Notes: generated by a model from the letters alone, not told the origin. A stretch of 47,496 bases of DNA from Candidatus Nomurabacteria bacterium (GCA_943354645.1 CALRCO010000001.1:1-47496); one strand, 5' to 3'; numbered from the stretch's first letter, positions 8,880-17,424 are shown. Program-made: numbers and translations.

Positions 8880-9992
8880 ATGAATTCAATAAGATCAATC
8901 AAAAATCTAAAAGGAAAAACAGTATTACTTCGTGCGGACTTTAATGTCCCGATACAAGACGGAAAAGTTTGTGATAATTTCCGTATTAAAAAAGCATTGC
9001 CAACTATCGAGTATTTACACAAAAAAGGCGCTCGAGTCGTTATTATCTCACATGCAGGAAATGATGGTGCGCAATCGCTTGCACCAGTTGCAAAAATCTT
9101 GAAGAAATTTGTACCTGTAATTGCAAGTACGAAGACGATTCTTTCAAAAGAAGAAATAGACGCGTTACCTAAAAATGCTATTGTGCTGCTTGAAAATATC
9201 CGTCGAGAAGAAGGGGAGAAGAAAAACGACACTGCACTTGCGAAAGCGCTTGCTGGTATGGCAGATATGTTTGTGAACGATGCATTTTCTGTCTCACACC
9301 GTGCACACGCATCGGTTGTTGGCGTTTCGAAGTATTTGCCGAATTATGCAGGATTGCAATTGGAAGCAGAAATTAAAAATCTCGGTGGCGTACTTACCAA
9401 GCCAGCACATCCATTTCTATTTATCTTAGGGGGTGCGAAATTCGAAACGAAGTTGCCCCTCATCAAGAAATTTTTAAAGACTGCCGATGCTGTATTTATC
9501 ACTGGTGCGCTTGCGAATAATTTCTTCAAAACAGCTGGTTATGAAGTAGGTACGTCACTGGTGGAAGAGAAAGATTTTGGGTTTAAAGCAATGCTCAAAA
9601 ATAAGAAATTACTCTTGCCGATTGATGTTACCACGCTTTCTGGTAGTGAACACGTCATAAAAACACTTGCAAATGTCTTGCCTAATGACAAAATTATGGA
9701 TATTGGTCCAGAATCTGTAAAATTACTCAAACCAATTATTGCAGACGCAAAACTCGTGCTTTGGAATGGCCCGACGGGTGCCTACGAACATGGTTTTGAT
9801 AAGCAAACAAAGGCTATTTTGAAATTACTCGCAAATGCGAAAGCAAAAACCATCATCGGTGGCGGCGATACCGTAGAGATGGTGAATGAGCTTAAATTGG
9901 AAGATAAATTCGCCTTTGTCTCAACTGGCGGTGGTGCGACACTCGAATTTTTGGCAAAAGGCACCTTGCCGGGGATTAAGGTGTTGAAATAG
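8880..9992 (+). CDS. pgk: Phosphoglycerate kinase
   Basis: LRADFNVP, ISHAGN, FVNDAFSVSHRAHAS, STGGGATLEFL motifs. ATG lies 1 nt after the tpiA stop. Confidence 0.93.
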   Translation: MNSIRSIKNLKGKTVLLRADFNVPIQDGKVCDNFRIKKALPTIEYLHKKGARVVIISHAGNDGAQSLAPVAKILKKFVPVIASTKTILSKEEIDALPKNAIVLLENIRREEGEKKNDTALAKALAGMADMFVNDAFSVSHRAHASVVGVSKYLPNYAGLQLEAEIKNLGGVLTKPAHPFLFILGGAKFETKLPLIKKFLKTADAVFITGALANNFFKTAGYEVGTSLVEEKDFGFKAMLKNKKLLLPIDVTTLSGSEHVIKTLANVLPNDKIMDIGPESVKLLKPIIADAKLVLWNGPTGAYEHGFDKQTKAILKLLANAKAKTIIGGGDTVEMVNELKLEDKFAFVSTGGGATLEFLAKGTLPGIKVLK

Positions 9993-10066
9993 TCGGTGTG
10001 GGGCTTGCACATTTTTCTACAGGGTGTACAGTAAAGAAAAATTGTTCACAAAAAACCTCTCAAATC

Positions 10067-10549
10067 ATGCCAGAAATTAAAGAAGTAATTTTTGAAAAAT
10101 CGTCTCGCCCTATTCTTTTTTCAAAAGCATTAGGTCTGGAGTATATGTTCACCAATAAAGTATTTGCTGATTTAAACTCGTCTAATACTCAGATTGAATC
10201 AGCAATTAAAGTGTTGACAGACTCAGGACTCAAAGTGGCACTTTCAGGAAATTTTTCATTTCCTGAATTAACAAATGCTCAAAAAGCAGTGATTAAATGT
10301 ATTTATAATCACCTTGATCAGACATTAGATGCTCTTGTTGCTATCTGTAATGAAGAAAAGAGAGTTACCGACATTGTAGTCATGGATTTGTTAAAGTTAA
10401 AGAAAATACTTGAATTACCGGTAACTTATAAATTAGTAGATACCGCAGGTCAAACGGTTTCATTAACAAAACTCGGGATAGAGTATGTAAAAGTTACATA
10501 CGAACATTACCGACAACAAGTATTGGAATTTGAAAAAGAAGCAGAATGA
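10067..10549 (+). CDS. Hypothetical protein
   Basis: ORF with no recognisable motifs. ATG 10067 preferred over the upstream GTG 9998. A/T-rich. Ends in a bidirectional terminator. Confidence 0.45.
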   Translation: MPEIKEVIFEKSSRPILFSKALGLEYMFTNKVFADLNSSNTQIESAIKVLTDSGLKVALSGNFSFPELTNAQKAVIKCIYNHLDQTLDALVAICNEEKRVTDIVVMDLLKLKKILELPVTYKLVDTAGQTVSLTKLGIEYVKVTYEHYRQQVLEFEKEAE

Positions 10550-10554
10550 AAACA

Positions 10555-10585
10555 AAAAGCCTCGCAATTAATGCGAGGCTTTTTT
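10555..10585. terminator. Bidirectional terminator (10067 gene / HIT gene)
   Basis: AAAAGCCTCGCA-loop-TGCGAGGCTTTTTT. The right arm also encodes the HIT C-terminus KKASH. Confidence 0.75.
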
Positions 10586-10972
10586 AATACCATCTTTGAT
10601 TTGCGCGAGGTAGACTTCCGCCTCACCTTCGTTGTAGATTTTTTGGGAAATAATATCTACACGATCACTGAGATGCCGAGGGATGAGATGAATGTGAAAA
10701 TGGGGAACATCTTTGCCTACAACAGTGAGTTGTACATAGTCGCATTTAAGTCCGGCAATCATTGCTTTCATAAGTGATTTTGCTTTGATAAACATTTTAC
10801 TGACAAGTTCATCGGGCACATCTTGCATCCAGGCTATTGGTTCTCGTGCCACGAGTAATAAATGTCCCATAGCAACAGGGTGAATATCAAGGAATGCTAT
10901 TGTAGCCTCGTCTTCATAGGCGATGTGCGCAGGTAATTCACGGTTAATAATTTTGGTGAAAATAGTGTCCAT
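10568..10972 (-). CDS. HIT-family (histidine triad) nucleotide hydrolase
   Basis: Histidine triad HFHIHLIP. Start MDTIFTKII at 10972 sits 7 nt downstream of an extended -10 (TGGTACACT). Confidence 0.85.
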   Translation of the reverse strand: MDTIFTKIINRELPAHIAYEDEATIAFLDIHPVAMGHLLLVAREPIAWMQDVPDELVSKMFIKAKSLMKAMIAGLKCDYVQLTVVGKDVPHFHIHLIPRHLSDRVDIISQKIYNEGEAEVYLAQIKDGIKKASH

Positions 10973-10979
10973 GACATAT

Positions 10980-10988
10980 AGTGTACCA
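10980..10988 (-). promoter_or_regulatory. Extended -10 TGGTACACT (minus strand), 7 nt upstream of the HIT ATG
   Basis: Reverse complement of 10980-10988. Preceded by minus-strand terminator 11012-11044. Confidence 0.5.
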
Positions 10989-11011
10989 TAACTAAGAACC
11001 ATGCTTTATTA

Positions 11012-11044
11012 TAAAAAATAAGGTATCCACTAAATGGATACCTT
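11012..11044 (-). terminator. Minus-strand terminator after the 11062-11367 gene
   Basis: AAGGTATCCA-CTAAA-TGGATACCTT with a U run on the minus strand (11012-11019). Confidence 0.7.
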
Positions 11045-11061
11045 ATGTATTACTTTCTCGA

Positions 11062-11367
11062 TCACTTTCTGTTATTTAGTTTAAAATCTCTCAGATATGT
11101 TTCAAATGTTTGCATATTAAGTTCCCTTGGCCTCGTGAAGAATTTTATGAAACCTGTTTCCTCAGTAATCTTTAGTATTTTTATACTATGTTTCTTAATA
11201 AAAGCATTTACAGCAGATCGTAATTCTTCAGTTTCATAAGAATCATGAATTTTTTTCTTGTCGCAAATTGCTTTTAATATTGAATCCTGTAATTCTTTTA
11301 GTTCTTTTTGCCCCTTTTGATTATCTTCGAAAGCGGTTCTTTTAGCGTCTCTGTTGTTCATCGTCAA
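11062..11367 (-). CDS. Hypothetical protein
   Basis: 101-aa charged ORF, A/T-rich. A minus-strand terminator at 11020-11044 follows it. Confidence 0.4.
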   Translation of the reverse strand: MTMNNRDAKRTAFEDNQKGQKELKELQDSILKAICDKKKIHDSYETEELRSAVNAFIKKHSIKILKITEETGFIKFFTRPRELNMQTFETYLRDFKLNNRK

Positions 11368-11423
11368 TTATTTTTTAATATCCTATTATATATATGAAAA
11401 AATGTCAAGTATATTTTTGAACG

Positions 11424-11432
11424 TGTTACAAT
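11424..11432 (+). promoter_or_regulatory. Extended -10 TGTTACAAT, 7 nt upstream of ATG 11440 (recJ)
   Basis: TGn + TACAAT. Overlaps the first ATG of the ORF. Confidence 0.5.
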
Positions 11433-11439
11433 GACTCTT

Positions 11440-13167
11440 ATGCGCTATGCGGAAATTATAGATAGAATACTTCTACGACGTGGTGTTACCGACAACAATC
11501 GCGAGGCATTTCTTAATCCTTCGTACAACAATCACGTGCACGATCCATTTCTGCTCCTGAATATGGAAAAAGTGGTTGAGCGGCTTGAAAAAGCAATCGC
11601 CAGCAATGAAAAAATAGTTATTTATAGCGATTACGACTGCGACGGCATCCCTGGCGCGGTTGTTGCCGTTGATTTCTTTAGAAAACTTGGTATACCTGTC
11701 GAATTTTACCCGCACACCAACCATGACGATGGCGCTCAGAGCGCCGATGGGACATCTTCGTCATGGTCTGGTGTTCGGGTGTATATTCCACATCGTCATG
11801 ACGAAGGGTATGGACTCCACATGGATGCAGTCGAAGGATTTGTAAAAAACGGCGTGACACTTTTAATTACGATTGACCTTGGCATTACCGCAATTGCCGA
11901 AACGGCGTATGCACAAAAAAATAATCTGGATGTGATCATCACGGACCACCATGAACCGCATGATGAATTACCACCAGCATTTGCAATTTTAAATCCAAAA
12001 CAAAAAGGAGATACATATCCATGGAAAGGACTTTGTGGTACGGGTGTGTTTTTTAAATTGGTCTGCGCGTATATCAAAAAATATGGCGAAGCGCGCAATA
12101 TTCCGGCAGGAAGTGAAAAATGGATGCTCGACATGGTCGGCCTCGCGACACTTGCCGATATGGTGCCACTCCAAGACGAGAATAGAGTGTTTGCAAAATT
12201 TGGCCTCATGGTACTCCGCAAAACGCGCCGACCTGGGCTTGTGTCACTCGCGCGTGCGATGCGGATGGACATGACCGAACTTACTGAAGATGATGTGACG
12301 TTCATGATTGCGCCACGATTAAATGCAGCGTCTCGCATGGAATCCCCGCAACTTGCATTTGAATTACTTTCAACCACTGACACAGTCCGTGCACGGGCAC
12401 TTGCAGAACAGCTCACTGCGATAAATGATTCTCGAAAAACTATTGTCGCCGGCATTATGAAGCATGTGCATGCAGATATGGAAAAGCGCGAAGTGAAAGA
12501 CGTGATTGTGGTGGGCAATCCGGATTGGCGCGTCGGCGTGCTCGGTCTTGTTGCAGGAAAGTTACTCGAACAATATGACAGACCCGTATTTGTCTGGGGT
12601 AAAGAAGGCGGAGATGTCATCAAAGGTTCTTGTCGCGGTAATGGCACGGTGCATGTCGTGGATTTGATGAAGGAGGCGGGGGATATATTTTTGGGCTATG
12701 GCGGGCACGAAGGCGCCGGCGGATTTTCAATAGACGAACAAGGTATCTTAGTGCTTGAAGAAAAACTTATTGAGGCTTATGGAAAAATAAAAAAAGAAAA
12801 AGGTGACACAGTAGACAAATTTGAGGAAGAAGCGACACTTGATTTGGTGTCGAAGGATTTTATCAGTGAATTATTGCAACTTGCACCATTTGGATTTGAA
12901 AACACAAAACCGATTTTTAAATTTTCCGGCATTACCGTTACCGACATGGTGCCATTTGGTAAAAAGAAAGAACATCTGACAGTGCACGTTGAGCAGAACG
13001 GCCAAAAGCGAAAAGCGTTTTCATTTTTCTTGACGGAAGATGCGTTACCGAAGCATGTCTCGGTGGGGAGTATAGTGACCGTGCTCGGTTCTATTGATAG
13101 GTCTGTGTTTATGGGGCGGGAGGAAATACGGATTCGGATTGTTGCATTTCCAGAGATAGAAAGATAA
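11440..13167 (+). CDS. recJ: Single-stranded-DNA-specific exonuclease RecJ
   Basis: DHH motifs IYSDYDCDGIPG, IITDHHEP; DHHA1 GGHEGAGGFS. Start moved to ATG 11440 because ATG 11431 overlaps the -10 box TACAAT (11427-11432). Confidence 0.88.
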   Translation: MRYAEIIDRILLRRGVTDNNREAFLNPSYNNHVHDPFLLLNMEKVVERLEKAIASNEKIVIYSDYDCDGIPGAVVAVDFFRKLGIPVEFYPHTNHDDGAQSADGTSSSWSGVRVYIPHRHDEGYGLHMDAVEGFVKNGVTLLITIDLGITAIAETAYAQKNNLDVIITDHHEPHDELPPAFAILNPKQKGDTYPWKGLCGTGVFFKLVCAYIKKYGEARNIPAGSEKWMLDMVGLATLADMVPLQDENRVFAKFGLMVLRKTRRPGLVSLARAMRMDMTELTEDDVTFMIAPRLNAASRMESPQLAFELLSTTDTVRARALAEQLTAINDSRKTIVAGIMKHVHADMEKREVKDVIVVGNPDWRVGVLGLVAGKLLEQYDRPVFVWGKEGGDVIKGSCRGNGTVHVVDLMKEAGDIFLGYGGHEGAGGFSIDEQGILVLEEKLIEAYGKIKKEKGDTVDKFEEEATLDLVSKDFISELLQLAPFGFENTKPIFKFSGITVTDMVPFGKKKEHLTVHVEQNGQKRKAFSFFLTEDALPKHVSVGSIVTVLGSIDRSVFMGREEIRIRIVAFPEIER

Positions 13168-13177
13168 GCTTCTACAT

Positions 13178-13930
13178 ATGAAACAAATCCGCATTTTTAC
13201 CGATGGCTCATCTCGTGGCAATCCAGGCCCATCTGGCTGGGGAGTCGTTGTCTTATATCCTTCCGGCAAAATCAATGAATACGGTGGCCGGGCTGATGTG
13301 GCAACCAATAACCAAATGGAACTTACGGCATGTCTTGAGGCGCTCCGTGCTGTCGAAATGAAACCAGAGGAGACAGATGAGATTGTTATGCATTTGGATT
13401 CCGCGTATGTGCTGGGCGGCGTAACCGGCTGGGTGTATTCGTGGGAGAAAAATGGATGGAAGACATCAACAGGTGAGCCGGTACAAAATCAAGAATTATG
13501 GAAAGCGATTGCGGCACTTATCTTTCGATTGAAAATGAAATACACGCTTGTGTGGGAAAAAGTGAAAGGCCACGTCGGCGTGTTTGGTAATGAGCGCGTG
13601 GATGCAATTGCGACGGCGTATGCGGATGGCACGGTGCCGCTCTTATATTCTGGCAGCAAAGAAAAATATGAGAAACTCTACAATAATTCACTAGAAAACA
13701 TGGAACATGTTGCACTTCCTGATAGAAAATCTCCACCAAAAAGCACAAAGCCAGCGTACTCGTATGTGTCCATGCTCGGCCCGATGATCGAAGTACACAA
13801 AACATGGGACGAATGTGAGAGTCGCGTCAAAGGAAAATCCGGTGCAAAATATAAAAAAGTATTTTCAAAAGAGGAAGAAGAGGAACTGATACAAGAATGG
13901 ACATTAATGTCGCTGCTTGGCGATAAATAA
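13178..13930 (+). CDS. rnhA: Ribonuclease HI with C-terminal hybrid-binding-like domain
   Basis: RNase H DEDD context: IFTDGSSRGNPGPSGWG, NNQMELTA, HLDSAYV, NERVDAIA. C-terminal YSYV..W.ECESRVKGKSGAKYKKVFSKEE resembles the RNase H1 HBD (Cauli_VI-type) fold. Confidence 0.85.
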   Translation: MKQIRIFTDGSSRGNPGPSGWGVVVLYPSGKINEYGGRADVATNNQMELTACLEALRAVEMKPEETDEIVMHLDSAYVLGGVTGWVYSWEKNGWKTSTGEPVQNQELWKAIAALIFRLKMKYTLVWEKVKGHVGVFGNERVDAIATAYADGTVPLLYSGSKEKYEKLYNNSLENMEHVALPDRKSPPKSTKPAYSYVSMLGPMIEVHKTWDECESRVKGKSGAKYKKVFSKEEEEELIQEWTLMSLLGDK

Positions 13931-13941
13931 TTTCGTTCACT

Positions 13942-15357
13942 ATGGAATTTAAGAAACTTGATTATGCACTTGTTTCTTTTCTCGCAACTGTTGCATTACT
14001 TACGGCGCATGTAGCACTTTATCCGTATGTGGCAGGAATATTATTGATAGTGATTGCGCTCGCCGTAGTATTTTTCTTCAAGAAAAATACTACGGCGAGC
14101 GTTTTCTTGTTTTTATTTCTCGGTGGTGTTGCTGCGTTTCTATTTGTTGCACTGTTTGTGCATACTCCGAGTCCTACACTTGCGCCCACTTCGAAACAAA
14201 TTACTCTTAATGCAGTTGTCGATGATATTCCTGGTATAAGCAAAAGCGGTACACGATTTTCTGCAAAAGTTGGGAGTGATGAACTTCTTGTTTTCGGCCC
14301 GCAAACAGCACTTCATTATGGCGACATGATTACGATGCGGACAACGCTCGAACCGCCAAAACCATTTGATACGAATTTCGGCAAAAGTTTTGCCTATGAC
14401 GAATATTTAGCAAATCAGGGCGTGTATTTGATTGCTCGCGCGCAAGAAATAAAAATTACCGGTCATGCGCCGCCGTCAAAAATTCTTGAAATTCTTTTCA
14501 AATTTAAATCAAAACTCACCTCTATTATTCACCACTATCTCGGACAGGAAGAAGCGCAGTTGGCGGGCGGTATTGTCTTAGGTGATAAACAAAGTTTCAC
14601 TGATGAACTTCGCAACGCACTATCCGTGACGGGGACAAGTCATATTGTTGCACTCTCTGGATACAATGTGTCACTCTTAGCTGCGGCAATTGCATTTATG
14701 TTGCGTAAGCTAGGCAAACGCGCACGGGAAATTGGCGGTGTGCTCACGATTGTATTATTTGTCATCATGACAGGCGCGCAAATTACCGCAATTCGCGCGG
14801 GTATTATGGGAAGCTTAGTACTGTTTGCTGGTATCTTTGGTCGCGATTATATTTTTGTGCGGTCGCTACTACTCGCTGGAGTCGGGATGACGTTGTTTCA
14901 CTCGCGTATTATGTACGATCTCTCGTTTCAGCTTTCATTTTTAGCGACAATTGGCGTTGTTGTCCTTGCACCGAAACTCACGTTTATTCGTACGAAAGTT
15001 AAATGGATTACTGAGGCAATACAACTTACTCTTGCGGCAAGTGTCATGGTTGTTCCTATCATTGCATACAAAATCGGCGTATTCTCACTTGTTTCATTTC
15101 CAATAAATATTTTAATTGCGCCATTGGTACCGCTTGTAATGTTTTTGACACTCCCGGTATTTATATTGGGATGGATTGGAACAATTTTTGTATTGCCGTT
15201 TGCCTATATGCTTTCATTTGCAACGAAGGTATTACTTTTTATTATTAAAACAGCAGCACTTATTCCATTGGCAGCATTGCCGGTGACAATTCCGTTTTGG
15301 GTTGTGGCACTTTATTATATTCCGCTGTTTTGGTATTTATGTAGAAAAAGAAACTGA
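13942..15357 (+). CDS. comEC: ComEC/Rec2 DNA-uptake channel (DUF4131 + Competence domains, no MBL domain)
   Basis: Polytopic membrane protein. Competence-domain motif GTSHIVALSGYNVSLL. Ends at TGA 15355-15357 without the usual C-terminal beta-lactamase-fold domain. Confidence 0.8.
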   Translation: MEFKKLDYALVSFLATVALLTAHVALYPYVAGILLIVIALAVVFFFKKNTTASVFLFLFLGGVAAFLFVALFVHTPSPTLAPTSKQITLNAVVDDIPGISKSGTRFSAKVGSDELLVFGPQTALHYGDMITMRTTLEPPKPFDTNFGKSFAYDEYLANQGVYLIARAQEIKITGHAPPSKILEILFKFKSKLTSIIHHYLGQEEAQLAGGIVLGDKQSFTDELRNALSVTGTSHIVALSGYNVSLLAAAIAFMLRKLGKRAREIGGVLTIVLFVIMTGAQITAIRAGIMGSLVLFAGIFGRDYIFVRSLLLAGVGMTLFHSRIMYDLSFQLSFLATIGVVVLAPKLTFIRTKVKWITEAIQLTLAASVMVVPIIAYKIGVFSLVSFPINILIAPLVPLVMFLTLPVFILGWIGTIFVLPFAYMLSFATKVLLFIIKTAALIPLAALPVTIPFWVVALYYIPLFWYLCRKRN

Positions 15358-15404
15358 TGTGTTTATTTTTTATTAAAAGCGCACCTTGTGGTGCGCTTTT
15401 AATT

Positions 15405-16001
15405 TTATTTTGTCGCTTCTGTAAAATTTTTCTCTGCAACACTCCAATTTATATTTTTGAAAAAATCCTCGACATATTGTTTTTTTCCAGAAGACCAATA
15501 ATCGCCGACATAGGCGTGCTCCCACATGTCGAGTGCAACTAGTTGTTTTGTATTTGCCAATTGTCCTAGATGTTGTTCATCAATCCATGCGTTTACAAGA
15601 GAATCTGTTTCCTTGTCATAACAGAGCATTGCCCAACCAATGCCGCGAGTGATAGCAATTGCTTTGAAGCGCATAAGCCACGCATCGAAGGAGCCAAATT
15701 GTTCGGAAATTTTTCTCCCTAAAGCGCTTTCAGGAGAAAGTATTTGAGGACCTCCTTCAAGAGATGAAAAATAACACTCGTGGTTTTTCATACCTCCCCA
15801 TTCGAATCCGAACCGTCGCTGTAGTTCACCAAGTTCGTATACATTTTTGTCTTCTTCTTTACTGAGTTCTACGATACGAGCAAGAATATGATTACTAAAT
15901 CGAACATAGCCTTCATAGAGCTTGAGATGCTCGTCAATATTCTTCTTTGAAATGCCGACAAGTTCTGGGATCGCGAACGTTTTTGCAGTGTAAGTTGTCA
16001 T
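15405..16001 (-). CDS. Fe/Mn-family superoxide dismutase
   Basis: EHLKLYEGYV (N-terminal helical domain), GGMKNHECYF, and the C-terminal metal-ligand motif DMWEHAY. Confidence 0.8.
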   Translation of the reverse strand: MTTYTAKTFAIPELVGISKKNIDEHLKLYEGYVRFSNHILARIVELSKEEDKNVYELGELQRRFGFEWGGMKNHECYFSSLEGGPQILSPESALGRKISEQFGSFDAWLMRFKAIAITRGIGWAMLCYDKETDSLVNAWIDEQHLGQLANTKQLVALDMWEHAYVGDYWSSGKKQYVEDFFKNINWSVAEKNFTEATK

Positions 16002-16033
16002 AAGTAATTAAAGTAATTGAATAATAATTTTTT

Positions 16034-16136
16034 GTGTCATACCGGCGGAGGCCGGTATCCAGGTGGAACAGTTTAGCCTGGTTCCCGTATTGCGTTCGCG
16101 GTCCGCCGGTTGGCGGACGCTTGTACGGGATGACAC
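16034..16136 (-). repeat. Three-hairpin palindromic element, expanded copy (GTGTCAT ... ATGACAC)
   Basis: Outer 7-bp stem. Hairpin ACCGGC-GGAG-GCCGGT. Central CCAGG...CCTGG. Hairpin CCCGTA-[insert with GTCCGCC-GGTT-GGCGGAC]-TACGGG. Its reverse complement aligns with 45463-45535. Confidence 0.8.
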
Positions 16137-16163
16137 AAAAGGTTCGAATGATATGATTATATC

Positions 16164-17024
16164 ATGTTTTCAGTACGGATTCGGCTCATTATATTGGGTG
16201 TGGCAGTTATTTTTACTATCGTATTTGCACAATTATTACTTGGTCGCAAGCCGAGCGACACACTCAAAGTATCATTTCTCAATATTGGCCAAGGCGATGC
16301 TATTTATATCGAAGCCCCAAATAAACGGCAGGTGATTGTGGATGGTGGACCCAATGATGCACTCTCGGGCGAGCTTGCGAGCGTTGTCCCATTTGGCGAT
16401 ACCACAATCGATATGCTCATCGTGACGAATCCGGATACGGATCACTATCATGGATTTATCAATACGCTCGACAACTACAACATCGGCGCCGTTATCGTGC
16501 CGGGTACATTTTCAAAAACATCTACGTGGAAATTATTTACGGACAAAATAGATGCAAAAAATATTCCCGTGTATCTTGCGCATGCAGGACAGACCATCAT
16601 GCTCGATCCCGCACACAATGTTGGTATAAAAATATTGTTTCCCGATAGGAATGTGTCGTCATGGACAAGTAATGACGGTTCGATTATGAGTATCCTTACG
16701 TATGGTAAAAGCGCGGTCATGCTGACAGGGGATGCGACGGCGTATACGGAATCACTTATTTTAGATCGTGCGCGAGTATACGCGCACGACGAAACTATTT
16801 TGAAAGCAGGACATCATGGTTCGCGTACCTCGACGAGTCGTGCATTTGTATCGGCGCTTGCGCCAGAACTCGCGGTGGTTTCTGCTGGCGACCATAATTC
16901 GTATGGCCATCCGCACAAAGAAACACTCGACACATTCGCTTATTTTCATATTCCATATTTCTTGACGGCGCGTGATGGTCGAGTGACGTGTAGCAGTAAA
17001 GGATTTGCCTTTATGTGCGAGTGA
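16164..17024 (+). CDS. ComEC-type metallo-beta-lactamase-fold protein (stand-alone)
   Basis: N-terminal TM segment, then VSFLNIGQGDAIYIE..VIVDGGP..LIVTNPDTDHYHG..MLTGDA..KAGHHGS, as in the C-terminal nuclease domain of ComEC. Confidence 0.75.
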   Translation: MFSVRIRLIILGVAVIFTIVFAQLLLGRKPSDTLKVSFLNIGQGDAIYIEAPNKRQVIVDGGPNDALSGELASVVPFGDTTIDMLIVTNPDTDHYHGFINTLDNYNIGAVIVPGTFSKTSTWKLFTDKIDAKNIPVYLAHAGQTIMLDPAHNVGIKILFPDRNVSSWTSNDGSIMSILTYGKSAVMLTGDATAYTESLILDRARVYAHDETILKAGHHGSRTSTSRAFVSALAPELAVVSAGDHNSYGHPHKETLDTFAYFHIPYFLTARDGRVTCSSKGFAFMCE

Positions 17025-17140
17025 ATGGTAGCAAGGGTAATGTAGCAAGTAGCAAGGGATACAAAACACAGGATTTGGCAAAGCCAAATCCTGTGTTTTG
17101 TATTTGTTCGGAACCTTGCTACTTGCTACCTGTTCCTTGC
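17025..17140. repeat. GTAGCAAG-word inverted repeat with central hairpin, shared by the convergent MBL gene and rpmB
   Basis: Left arm 17025-17058 (GGTAGCAAGGGTAATGTAGCAAGTAGCAAGGG). Core hairpin 17059-17103. Right arm 17111-17142 (CCTTGCTACTTGCTACCTGTTCCTTGCTAC). The rpmB TAG stop is part of a word. Confidence 0.85.
17059..17103. terminator. GGC-TTY-GCC-apex hairpin (minus-orientation loop), shared by the MBL gene and rpmB
   Basis: 21-bp perfect stem ATACAAAACACAGGATTTGGC-AAA-GCCAAATCCTGTGTTTTGTAT. Confidence 0.8.
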
Positions 17141-17385
17141 TACTTAAGTACCCCTGCTTTCTTGAGTGTTGCGTACGCACCTTTCTTTTGGATTGTGCGG
17201 ATAGCTTCGGTAGAGATGACGAGATTCATACTCTTTTTAAGTTCAGGAATGTAGATTTTCTTCTTTTGGAGATTTGCGTATTTGCGTACTTTGCCGGTAG
17301 GGGTAAAGATAGTCGCACGAGTGCGGTTTGCGTACTTACCACCCATTTGGGATCCCTTTTTAGTTATTGCGCAGACGCGTGCCAT
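17140..17385 (-). CDS. rpmB: 50S ribosomal protein L28
   Basis: MARVCAITKKGSQMGGKYANRTRA.. matches the bL28 N-terminus. Start trimmed from the longer ORF to M14. Confidence 0.88.
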   Translation of the reverse strand: MARVCAITKKGSQMGGKYANRTRATIFTPTGKVRKYANLQKKKIYIPELKKSMNLVISTEAIRTIQKKGAYATLKKAGVLK

Positions 17386-17395
17386 AAGTAGGGAA

Positions 17396-17424
17396 ACTGT
17401 AGCATACCTTGATACTCTATGCAA
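17396..17424 (-). promoter_or_regulatory. rpmB promoter TTGCAT-17-TACAGT (minus strand), 10 nt upstream of the ATG
   Basis: -35 is the reverse complement of 17419-17424. -10 is the reverse complement of 17396-17401. Confidence 0.6.

Noticed and set aside
11796-12647. 283-aa minus-strand ORF inside recJ. Also similar antisense ORFs at 3649-4251 (in pilC), 36557-37110 (in rplE) and 42441-42866 (in rpsE).
   Set aside because: These are shadow ORFs opposite well-supported conserved genes. Their Ser/Arg/Pro-rich composition is typical of antisense frames.
5184-15357. Alternative genetic code (UGA recoded), as in some CPR lineages.
   Set aside because: TGA ends the pseudopilin (5184-5186), the 10067 gene (10547-10549), comEC (15355-15357) and the MBL gene at sensible lengths. 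No conserved gene needs read-through of an in-frame TGA.
16141-16151. GGTTCGAATGA looked like a tRNA T-arm. Other intergenic regions were also scanned for tRNA or rRNA.
   Set aside because: There is no complementary T-stem, acceptor stem or anticodon arm around it. I could not build a cloverleaf anywhere in the window.
16063-16335. 90-aa ORF starting inside the palindromic element, and the 45493-45690 minus-strand ORF.
   Set aside because: Both are read-throughs of the three-hairpin repeat (translations such as ..HTGGGRYPGG..). The first overlaps the better-supported MBL gene in another frame.
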